In this document: one piece after another, positions 21,201 through 33,300 of the stretch
How positions within the stretch are numbered: the stretch's first letter is position 1
How the letters are laid out: each line of letters starts with the position of its first letter
Assembly: GCA_950097015.1 (NCBI GenBank)
Contig: CATNEN010000001.1
Location: forward strand, 5,456,001-5,520,000
Direction of reading: 5' to 3'
DNA from: Macrostomum hystrix
Lineage: Eukaryota; Animalia; Platyhelminthes
Length of the DNA: 64,000 nucleotides
Made by a program: the position numbers and the translations under genes
Notes under the pieces: model-generated
The model's database searches: none
Seen by the model: the letters and a program-made list of their open reading frames with translations, nothing else
What the model was told of the DNA's origin: nothing

Positions 21201-24200
21201 TTTTTGGTTTACAGGCCAGGATTGGTGAAGGCATTAGAAATAGAGTTGAATAAGGCACACATGAGTGACGTTAGACATGTAGGTAAGACGAAGAACAGAG
21301 GGTTTAATTTAGATAGATGAGAGATCTCTCGAGAGATCGGGGAGAGATTGGGAAGATTTCTCACTGGCTGCGGGTCTAGTGTCACCAAATGATGTGCCAT
21401 TGCCCGCAGCCCTCCTGAAATTCATAATTTTTTATTAGCATATACACATGTCAGACATGATAGAAACATTTATTTTTATTTTTTCTCTCTCCGATCGGAG
21501 AGAGATCGGGGAGAGATCGGGGAGAGATCGGATAGAGATCGGGGAGAGATCGGGGAGAGATCGGGGAGAGATCGGAGAAAGATTGGGGAGAGATCGGGGA
21601 GAGATCGGGGAGAGATTGGGGGAGATCGGATAGAGATCGGGGAGAGATCGGATAGAGATCGGGGAGAGATCGGGGAGAGATCGGGGAGAGATCGGGGAGA
21701 GATTGGGAAGATTTCTCACTGGCTGCGGGTCTAGTGTCACCAAATGATGTGCCATTGCCCGCAGCCCTCCTGAAATTCATAATTTTTTATTAGCATATAC
21801 ACATGTCAGACATGATAGAAACATTTATTTTTATTTTTTCTCTCTCCGATCGGAGAGAGATCGGGGAGAGATCGGGGAGAGATCGGATAGAGATCGGGGA
21901 GAGATCGGATAGAGATCGGGGAGAGATCGGGGAGAGATCGGGGAGAGATCGGAGAAAGATTGGGGAGAGATCGGGGAGAGATTGGGGGAGATCGGATAGA
22001 GATCGGGGAGAGATCGGATAGAGATCGGGGAGAGATCGGGGAGAGATCGGGGAGAGATCGGGGAGAGATCGGGGAGAGATCGGGGAGAGATCGGGGAGAG
22101 ATCGGGGAGAGATCGGGGAGAGATCGGGGAGAGATCGGGGAGAGATCGGATAGAGATCGGGGAGAGATCGGGGAGAGATCGGATAGAGATCGGGGAGAGA
22201 TCGGGGAAAGATCGGGGAGAGATCGGGAAGAGATGGGGGAGAGATCGGGAAGAGATGGGGGAGAGATCGGGAAGAGATGGGGGAGAGATCGGAGAGAGAT
22301 TGGGGGATATCGGGAAGAGATCGGGGAGAGATCGGGGAGAGATCGGGGAGAGATCGGGGAGAGATTGGGGAGAGATCGGGAAGAGATGGGGGAAGATCGG
22401 GAAGAGATGGGTGAGACATCAGGAAGAGATGGGAGAGAGATCGGGAAGAGATGGGAGAGACACCGGGAAGAGATGGGGGAGAGATCGGGAAGAGATGGGG
22501 GAAGATCGGGAAGAGATGGGAGAGAGATCGGGGAGAGATTGGGGAGAGAGATCGGGAAGAGATGGGAGAAGATCGGGAAGAGATGGGAGAGAGATCGGGG
22601 AGAGATTGGGGAGAGAGAATAGGCGCAAATCCCAAGCGTTTTTATGCTAGCAACGGACCGCCATGGGAAAATATTTATCGAAAAGAGGCATCGAGATGTG
22701 AAAGTTGGTTGTGTTTCGTCTAAAATAGTTAGTCGAAATCAATAGAACCGGGTTACACTATAGCAGCTACTATATAGTTTCGATTTTGATAATTATTTGG
22801 ACAAACTTTGGGCCAATCTTGAAGTTCCACAAACCCTGTCTTTTCAATCCTTTAAATAATGTTGGTCGATTTTTCTTATTTACGGATTAACGATAGTTTT
22901 TATAATCCGGATAGAAATAAATACAGATTAAAAAGGCCGATAGAATTTATTGAGTTACACTTGTTGCACTTGTAGGCCACTGTCTCGATTCATATTTCAA
23001 CGACTCGAAAAAATGAGGATTTAAATGATAGATGGGGAGAATGCAAACTAGATGAAGAGTCCTGGATTCAATAATCCGTTTCTTAGCAATAGCCCTGGGC
23101 CAATGATAACACAATTTGGAGGCCAAAAATACTTGTTTCCTTCCACCAGAAACAGCAGCAGCAGCAGCAGCCAGTTCTTTTCAATTTATATAGGCAAATA
23201 TTTGGCCCCTTAAATACGACAGAAAAATACCCAACTTGATGAGGAAAATATAAAAAAAACGAAAAAAAATCAATGGCTTCCTTCGTCTCAGTGGTTAGAC
23301 GCTCGAGAAGACAAACTGATGAGATTGGGAAGTCAAAGCTAGTCTGCTGGGATGAAGACGTTGGTAGATTTTTATCTTGTACTTTTGAGAAATAATTTCA
23401 CAAACTTTTACTTCGCTGCTATACGAGTATCGATTCTAAGAAAAAACTCTTCTTAAAACTTTCTAAATTCGTTGCGCACTACTAGAAGTATGATGTAACA
23501 TTTTTTAGCAAACCAACTATTGGTGTAATTCACTTTTATATTTCCCAATTTATATGCAAATACAATCAGAGTTTTGACAAGCTTCTAGTGTGTAATTTAA
23601 TTAGATCTAAATAATTTGTGACTATAGCGTGAGAAATCAGGTTTCCTATTTGTCTGAGACTGCGAATTTCAATTCGTTCTTTTCCTATGTGCATATAAGT
23701 TAACATTCGCTCGGATAAAGTTGTATACATCTGTGTTTGAAATGCACTTTAATGTTACATTTGTCTGTCTGTCTGCTCAGACCAAATTTTTATGAACTCT
23801 TGGCATTAGAAAGTAAGCATTGAGTACCATCCGGACTTTATATTTTCCGTTGGATTAGAGGAAAGGAAGACAGCGATGCAGTTAAAACATCGGAATAGTT
23901 TGAGTCATTTCTGTCTGCGAGCAGCGTCACAGCTGTGCCAGACTCCGGATGTACTTTTAGGGAAATGAGTCAGAGCTGGTCCCGAAATGCTGAGTTGACA
24001 TTGTCTAGTCATATCGGGCCATAAATATGCATAAATATGGATAGATAGATAGATAGATATAGATAGATAGACAGATAGATAGATAGATATAGATAGATAG
24101 ATAGATACATAGATAGACAGATAGATAGATATATAGATATAGATAGATAGACAGATAGATAGATAGATATAGATGAGATAGATAGATATAGATAGATAGA

Positions 24201-24320
24201 CAGATAGATAGATAGATATAGATAGATAGATAGATAGATACATAGATAGACAGATAGATAGATATATAGATATAGATAGATAGACAGATAGATAGATAGA
24301 TATAGATGAGATAGATAGAT

Positions 24321-24357
<37 letters not shown>

Positions 24358-27300
24358 AGAAAATGAAGGATAAGTTAATGGCGAATTCTAGGAAATGCAT
24401 AGAAGAGAAATGCTGAGAAATAGCTGAAGAATAGCTGAGAAATGTAATTCTGTGAGTCAGAGCCAGCTGAGAATTGAAAGGCTCGCGGCGCTGCAGCAGA
24501 TCAGGCGACTCGCGGCATGACTAAAAGATGGATGAGTACAGGCGAATCCCGCTGCCCCGAGATCCTATCAGAGTCTGACTAAGTCAGACAGGCCAAGAGG
24601 GGCTGACTTGGTAACTATCCCCCAGTTTTCAGCTAAAGAGCGGCATCGCAAGCCTATAACTAGTCTGGAACCAACTCAAGGATTTCTCCCACTCCTGCAG
24701 TCTCCCAGTCTTCAATTCGCTTAGAATATTTGTCTCTTGTATTCTGTCCGTTAGACGACCCTATAGGATCAAGATCCTGGTCAGGATCAGGATCAGAATG
24801 GAGGCGAAGCCAGAAGAGTCGTCGCCACCATCGAGAATCTTCGGAACTGACCTAACAACTTCCAGTTCGGTGGGTGAAGGCAAAATTTATTCAGATTATA
24901 ACAAAAATCTACTATATTTCAATACGTTGGCCAGTGTACTTTTTTTCAGCGTAAAAAGACGTTGTGCACAAATCGTAACAATTTCTCCCCCTTTTCCGTG
25001 TCCTTTTCCCGAAAGTATTCGGAAAATGCTTTCACTTTCTTGCCAACCAAATACCTTTTTACGGTTAGAACGGAAGAAAGTAAGAACATTGTGTAGAGAG
25101 GGAAAGAACGGAGAGGAGAGAGAGGAAGACAAAGGGCAGAGGTGGGATTCCAGAAAGATTCCATCGTACTTACTTTGTAGTAGAGCATAAATAGGATCTT
25201 TTTTGCTAGCCACCGTATATTGAAATGGCTCAGTGCCATAGAACTGTGCTTAAGCTAATTGTTCACTGAACTGAGCTCGCAAACTAATGGACAGTCTCGG
25301 CAGTGCGTTCTCCTTGGATGTAAGACCGTCTCTGGTTCTAAACGCATACATTTTATGAACTTTAGAGTGAATTGGCTGTGCAAGTTGCTTAACTGCTCTG
25401 TGCATAGTTTCTATATTTTACCTATCATTAATTGATAACTATTAGTGGTAGCAATTTAGTTACTAGATCGTATCTAAAGTATTCAAAGTAATGTAAAGCA
25501 GATACTCGTATTAGGAATTCGGAAGTTTTATCTGGACACAAACATTATTAATTCTTCTTAAATATCGCTTAAAATGCTAATTATCTCTTGGATCCAGAGC
25601 GGCATGCGATATCGTGTTACCAAATTTTTGTCGTGTTACCAAATCAAGTGGATGAGAGGCGGATCGGTTAATGCGCTTGCCTCTAGCGCCAAGGTCCCTG
25701 AGCTCGATTCCGCGGCGAGGCCACATTCATTTGGGGCTCAGCCGCGGAGAGAAGGCTTGGGGGCTTGTCGTGCAATTTACGCTCTTGAGGGCCAACCTCC
25801 AAATACACTGTCTGACGAAAAAGTCAGGGCAGATGTACACACCTGTGTGAGTGTGTGCTCAGGAGTCCTCGCTGGCTGTGAGTCTACTGCCATTACTCGC
25901 AGCCCTCCAGCAATAATAATTATTATTATTTCTAACATTGAATCCTTGGGATGCTGCAGACGACATGTACGCTGTTATATTCGAATTAATTATAAACCTT
26001 ATTATTTATGCTCATTTACATTGTTTTATTCAAACTTTCACAGTCGGATCCGAGCCAGAACTTTCTGCGCGTGGCCAGGGCGGGCAACCTGGAGAAGGTC
26101 CTGGATTACCTGGAGTGCGGCACCAGAATCGACACATGCAATGCTGTGAGTCTTTTTAAATGCAATCTTTGACTGAAATTAATTTGAAACTTTATAATTA
26201 CGGATGAATTTGGTTGATTTTATGCGTTGCATTCAAGAAACAAATCGAGATATTACCACAATATTTTGAAACCACCCGAAGGGGGAAAATGTATAGGGGT
26301 TCAGCGACCCTCACTCGGATCACTAACCGGATGAACAAAATCCTTAATGGCTTCTCCTAAATCCTCAGCCGTTTTCCCCAAATTCTTCAGCAGCTTTACT
26401 TAAATCCTCAGCGTTTTCCTTGAATTCCTCAGCAGATTTCCTTCAAGTCCTCATCAGTTTCCTCTAATCCTCAGCGGTTTCCTCAAATCCTCAGCGGTTT
26501 CCTTCATATTCTCATCGGCTATCCCCAAATCCTCATCGGCTATCCCCAAATCCTCATCGGCTATCCCCAAATCTTCAGCGGTTTCCTCAAATCCTCATCG
26601 GCTATCCCCAAATCCTTAGCGGTTTCCTTCAAATCCTCATCGGCTATCCCCAAATCCTCAGCTGTTTCCTCAAATCCTCAGCAGTTTCCTCAAATCCTCA
26701 GCAGTTTCCTCAAATCCTCAGCGGTTTCCTCAAATCCTCAGCGGTTTCCTTCAAATCCTCAGCGGTTTCCTCAAATCCTCAGCAGTTTTCTCAAATCCTC
26801 AGCAGTTTCCTCCAATCCTCTCTGGCGTCCCCTAAATCCTGAGTGACTTCACAATGAACTAAATTAACTAATGTTGCACTTTAAGACTTGAAAGTTCAAT
26901 AGTGACATCCTCATATATACTGAAGAGACTTCCATACACATATTAAAGAAACGGCAGACATCCAAGCGCAAGCAGTGTTGAACATTGGACCTTAGCTCTA
27001 TCTTATCTCCATGTCTGAACAATATTTCGCTGTCTCGCGAGCTTAGAAAGCTTAAGGGATAGGATTTTATCCCTCATAATTTCGAAGCTTACTTTGATGA
27101 ATGACCGCGCTGGCGATAAATTTATTGCTAGAATTTGGGCGTGGCGCGACAGGAAATCTTGCCATAATTTACTAATCTTCTACGAGCAAGGAATCCTGCT
27201 AAAATGCCTGTCGTATACTAAGTTTCCTAGACTATAGTAGGTAGCCCCTATCTTGTTTAGTTGATGTTTAGTACCAATTATTTGTAGTACACGAACATTT

Positions 27301-30300
27301 CAGAGTACATGAAAACGTTTTTGTACGCAATCGCATCAAACTAATTCGATAAAAATCGAATCAATTTTTTGCATTGTACGTACGGCGAGTGAAGAATGTA
27401 ACAATAATAACAATAATTGCAAGGGCTGCAAGCAATGGCACATTATTTGGTGACACTAGACCCGCAGCCAGTGAGAAGGCAATTCTGCCCATTCTGCTGA
27501 CTCCTGAGCACACACGCACACAGATACCGTTAGCAGCCACATGCTCACACAGGTGTGTACATCTGCCCTGAATTTCTCATCGTCAGGCAGTGTACTACTC
27601 TCACTGTGCCTTGGAGGTAGGCCCTTAAGAGCGTGAATTGCACGACAAGCCCCCAAGCCTTCTCTCCGCGGCTGCAGCTCAAATTTATGTGACCTCGCCG
27701 CGGAATCGAGCTCAGAGACCGCCCAGTTAACCGCCCAGCCACTCAACCCCCGAGTCAAAAAGATAGATAAAAAATATTACCTATGGCCCAGTTGAGCTAG
27801 ATGTACAACGATTGGCACAGCCACATCTATTGCGCGGTTCTTTGAAAATGTGCAACCAGTTGTCAGTCCATGAACTGATGGCCTTACCCAAATCACCCAA
27901 TCAAAGTGTGTACCCCCAGCTAACGCTGGTAACCATTCATAACGTGTTTCTCAACGTGTTTCTCAACTCGAACCATTGGGTTTCAAGCTTTTATTTGTTA
28001 ACTGGATGTAGCAAACAATTAAAAAACGAAACTGTAGATTCTTACTGCTCTACTCATGTAGTAATAAGTAGTGCATCAAAATTAGTTTCAATTACTGATC
28101 TTCTAACGGCCTTCACTAAAGTTTTGACGAAAATAAAAATTTCGATTGCATTGCGACATTACGAACAGTTTTGCCAATATATATTTATCGATTTTTCTAG
28201 GCGCATCTGCGTATTTTCAAGCAACGAACCAAAATAGATTGCGGTGGGCAAGAGGAACTGGGGTAAAATCCCGTTAGCAAATGGGTTTAAACAGTTCAAC
28301 AACAGCGTACGCAAAACCGAAATGGCCTACAGGGAGACGCGAGCCATAGCTTTACATCGCACTGCCGATACCTGCAACCACCTCTCCATGCGGTACCAAA
28401 ATACTTGCCCCGCGCGCCTTCAAGCACTCCATTTATAACGCCCAAAGTTCCATTCTATTGACCTTCAAACTTGCGTACTGATCTAAAGGAAGGATGAAAA
28501 TTTGTGTGGTCATTGTGCGTCGTCTGCGCACATTTTGTGCACCTTCCGCAACCGGCATCAGATCCGATCGAAATAAGACAAGAAAAGCTGGAGAAAATCG
28601 TAAAGATCAGATGGAAAGTAAAAGAATCGGCCTAACCAAACTTCTATTTGCGTTATCACCAAGGCAATACACTCATGCTTTGGACTGCAGTTGTCGAGAC
28701 AGAAAGATAGAGTAGAGAGTGAAAAAGCTTGTTTTCCCACTTTCACTCCGAATCTATCTACGGACACAGGTTCACTCTCGCGCTCTCTCTCACTCACATT
28801 ATCTTCCCTCTATGACCTATCCGTGACCAGTTTGATACCACAGACAACCAGGCAGCGCAAAGACAAAGACAGGAGACAACAAAGCTGTGAAGGGAGAACT
28901 TTCTTACCTAGCTGCTTCGAGGCACTAAATATCGAGACAATTTTTTCCTTCGAAGCAAAGGCTTCAACTTTTATCTGCTTCTCTTTCGGAATTTCTTCCC
29001 CTTAACGGCCAATTAGCTTTTCGGACAGAGAATTTTAGGCCTATAGTTCTGAGCAGTTCTGAGCAGCTTGTGGGTTGCACATCTGTCTCTGCACTCGGTA
29101 TTTACTTTCCAACCTTGTAGTTAAAAGTGCCGCCTGACTTTGGAACAATATTTTGTAAAATAGATAGCTATGAGTGGCTCAGCAGCGATAGAAACTGCCA
29201 GAAAGGCGGTAAGGCAGCAGCGCACTGTTACCCTAGATATCGAACGATATCTGAGCTTTTTCGACGCTAAGGTAAGATAAAACAGAGTCTGTGTAAAAAT
29301 AATAATATTTTTTATTTAATTCTAATTTGTACATCATGGCACCCAATAGTCGTAATATAGCTTTTTGCAGACCATTTGATCCTTCGAGCATTCGATTTAA
29401 TCCACAGTGGCAAAATCCAAGCGTTTCAGGCCGATTTTCAAGTTGTCTATGGCCAAAAGTATGACCATAGAGCAGTCGATTTGATCCTTCGGACACGCAT
29501 TTTAGCCTCTCTCCACTGTTTGGTTGTTAATGTTTGCCCTAGAACACAGACTAGACAGTGATCATCAGACATCAGAGAGCGAAGCAGCCAACACCATGTT
29601 CGACGAAGAAAGTGAGGACAGCTTTGATTCCATCGACGAAGTTGACGAGTCCGTGGAACGAGGGCCATATGCCAAGATAAGCGACGAGAAGTACGAGCTG
29701 GTAGTGAGCGCAATCGAAAGAGGCGACAGCAGATCAAATATCGCGCGATGACTGAATGTGAAGAGAAAAACTGTTACTTCCATCCGAAGACGATACGAGC
29801 TGACGGGCCGCCGAGATCGGATCCTGCGAGGTGGTGACCGGGTGCCAAAGCTGGGGGTGGAGCATATGCAGCTGCTGCTGGCATCGCTGGACGAAAACCC
29901 TCTGCTGACATTAAAGGAAATGCGACGCTTGCTGCAGGACAAATTTGATGGCCTTGAATTGAGTGAAGCCACCGTGAGTAGGGCTTTGGACAAGCAGCTT
30001 ATCACCCTCAAGTGCCTTGGTCGGGATGCCGATGTTCCGGTAGACAACATCGAAAACTTGAAAATCGGCCTCAAACGCTTGGATTTTGCCACTGTGGATT
30101 AAATCGAATGCTCGAAGGATCAAACGGTCTGCAAAAATCTATAACAATTGCTGCGAGAATATCATATTGTGACACTAGACCCACAGCCAGCGAGGAGGCA
30201 TTTCTGCCGTTTCGCTAAACCCTGAGCACACAGATACCATGCAAACACACGCTCACACAGGTGTGTACATCTGTCCTGACTTTCTCATCGTCAGGCAGTG

Positions 30301-33300
30301 CACACTTTCACTGTGCCTTCGAGGTTGGCCCTCAAGGGCTTCAATTGCACTGAAAGCCCTAATCCTTCTCTCCGCGGCTGCGACCCGCGGCTGACAGACG
30401 TCACTGGATAAATGTGGCCTCGCCGCGGAATCGAGCTCAAGGACCTTGATGTGCATTAACCGCTCTGCCATGCACCCCTTAATTACACCCAAAACAATGA
30501 TCCAACATAAATCACCATCGCAATCGACAGAATGGCCTCAACGCTTTGCATCTGGCTAGCAAGGAGGGCCACACAGCCGTGGTGCAGGAGCTCCTGACTC
30601 GGGGCGCTGACCCGGATGCTCGTACGAAGAAAGGCAACTCGGCGCTGCATATCGCTTCTCTGGCTGGTCAGCTTGACGTTGTCAAACTGTTAATCGAACG
30701 AGGAGCAAAAGTCAACTGCCAGTCGCAAGCCGGCTTCACTCCACTCTACATGGCCGCGCAGGAAAACCATCTGGAAGTTGTGCGCCACCTCCTAGCTTCT
30801 GGCGCTTCGCAGAGTCTAGCCACCACTGATGGATTCACACCGCTGGCTGTCGCTCTGCAGCAGGGCCATGAAAAAGTGGTGGCTGTACTGCTGGAGACTG
30901 ACACGAGGTGCAGATCGCGAATGCCCGCGTTGCACGTCGCTGCCAAGAAGGACGACGTGCGGAGTGCTGGATTGCTGCTAACCTCCGACTGCGATCCTAA
31001 CCACCAGGTTTGTATTATTTGGGACGCGCTATTTGAAGCATTGTTTAACGAGCTATTATCGAATACCATTTTGAACATTCAACAGGCTGGCAGCGGCTTC
31101 ACCGCGTTACACATCGCCGCGCACTACGGCAGCGCAGGCGTAGCTGGTTTGCTTCTTGACCGCGGCGCTGATCCTAATTTTCCGGCGCGAAACGGAATCG
31201 CTCCACTGCACGTCGCTGCCAAGTGGGGCATGCTAGCCGTAGCTCAGAAGCTCCTGGAGCGGGGTGCTGTGGTGGACACTCGAACTCGCGACGGTCTGAC
31301 TGCAGTTCATTGCGCAGCGCGTTCAGGTCAGGCCGCCGTTCTAGAGCTCCTGCTGGCGTCCAATGCGTCCATCGATGTTCGATCCCGCAGCGGTCTCAGC
31401 CCATTGCACATGGCCATGCAGGGTGACCACGACGAGTGTGCTCGCTTGCTGCTAGCTCGCGGTGCCGACACGGAGGATATCACGGTCGACCAGCTGACAC
31501 CGCTGCACGTTGCTGCGCACTGTGGTTATTCGCGCTCCGCTCAGCTGCTGCTCGACAGCGGCTGCCGGCCGAGCGCCAGAGCGCTGAACGGCTTCACTCC
31601 GTTGCACATCGCCTGTAAAAAGGGCCGCGCACGAATCGTCGAGCTGCTGCTGCAGTATGGAGCTGAGCCAAACGCTGCCACAGACGTCACTGGATTGACT
31701 CCGATGCACGTAGCCGCTTTCGTTGGCCAAACTGGATGCGTTGGTCTGCTAGCCGACATTGGCGAAGCGAACGTGTCAGCGGTGACAGCCAAAGGCGAGA
31801 CACCGTTGCACATGGCAATGAGAGGTGGGCACCTAGAGACAGCCAGACTGCTTCTGGAACGGCTAAAAGCGAACGTGAATGCGGCAGCCTCTGATGGGCA
31901 AGCGCCGCTGCATGTTGCCTGTCGCCTCGGAAATGCTGAGGCTGCTGAGCTCCTGCTCAAGGTAAAGAAAATTAAATGATCAAACGATCTTTATAACAGA
32001 GCAGGAAAGCTTTCAATGACAGTCAAACAAAAAGCCTAATTATAAGTTTAAATTCTTTGGATTGGAGACCTTTACAGATAAGTTGTTCACACGAACTGAA
32101 TAACATAAATTTATAAGTAATTCACATAATTACTTATATAGTGAAAAACCCATTACTAAACAGGCGGGAGCCAATCCTGACGCAGCTTGTCGGGACGGAT
32201 ACACGGGCTTGCACCTGGCCGCTCGCGAGGGACACGAGTCAGTGATTCGAATCCTGCTAGGTCCGCAGCAGCAGCAGTGGCTGGCGGCAAAGCTGCAGCC
32301 AGTAACTAGCAAGGGCGCCACACCGCTTCATTTGGCTACTCGCGGCGATCAGGCGACTGTGGTTCGTCAACTTTTGGAGTTTGGCGCCGACCCGAACTGC
32401 GTGGGTGGTCGCGGCGTTACTCCGCTGCACCTGGCAGCGCATGGCAACCGTCTTCAAGCACTGCAGGTGCTGCTCTCAGCCGGCGCCAATCCGAACTGTC
32501 GCAGCAGCGAGGAGGAGGCCGTCGTCGATAGCGGAGCGGGCAGCGGCTGGACGCCGTTGCACGCCGCAGCGCGTCGCGGTCACGTCGAGGCGGCGTCGCT
32601 TCTGCTGAAACACGGCGCTAAAGCTCAGAGCGTCGGAGGGACCAGCAATCAGACAGCGCTGCATCTGGCCGCCAGGGAGGGCCACATTGAGGTTGTCCGC
32701 ATGCTGCTGTCCCAACCTGATGTCACAGCCGACTGTCGCAATTCGGTTCGTGCTCTGAAATTTTAGCTGAAAAAACACAATTTCGGCTATTAGGATCGTA
32801 TTTGACACAATACTCCATATTACACACGCGCATTATTCCATAACCTAAACGAGTCCCAGAATCACATCTATCTTGCGCTTATACGAAACACTTAAACTTC
32901 GTCAATGGCCAATCTTCGAAGATAAATTATGAGCCGTACGCAATAATCGTGACGCGATGATAAGACCATAGAATAATTTGCATTCAGCCCTTCTGTTAGG
33001 ACAAATTGATCCGTCATTGGACTAGCTTTTTACCATAGACATTCAAACCCGGTCACTAATGATGTTTACAAGGAATACGCAGAGTCCAACAAAAAACAAA
33101 GTGTATGCTAGCTGTCGAGAAATATTTTGCGGTCATTATTTGAGATGCATTAGAGATGACCTTGAAAAAAATGTAAAACCCTCGGTCGCACGAAACCTTT
33201 TAATTTACATTGAAAACCCGAGCTAAACAAACTGATTTAAGATCGTCCAGGCAATCTAAAACGAATTTGAGATATTGTGCTAGTTTGAAAAATGAGCTAG

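Noticed and set aside
21435-22723. GERSGRDR / LSPISPRS ORFs
   Set aside because: Translations of the 11-bp satellite.
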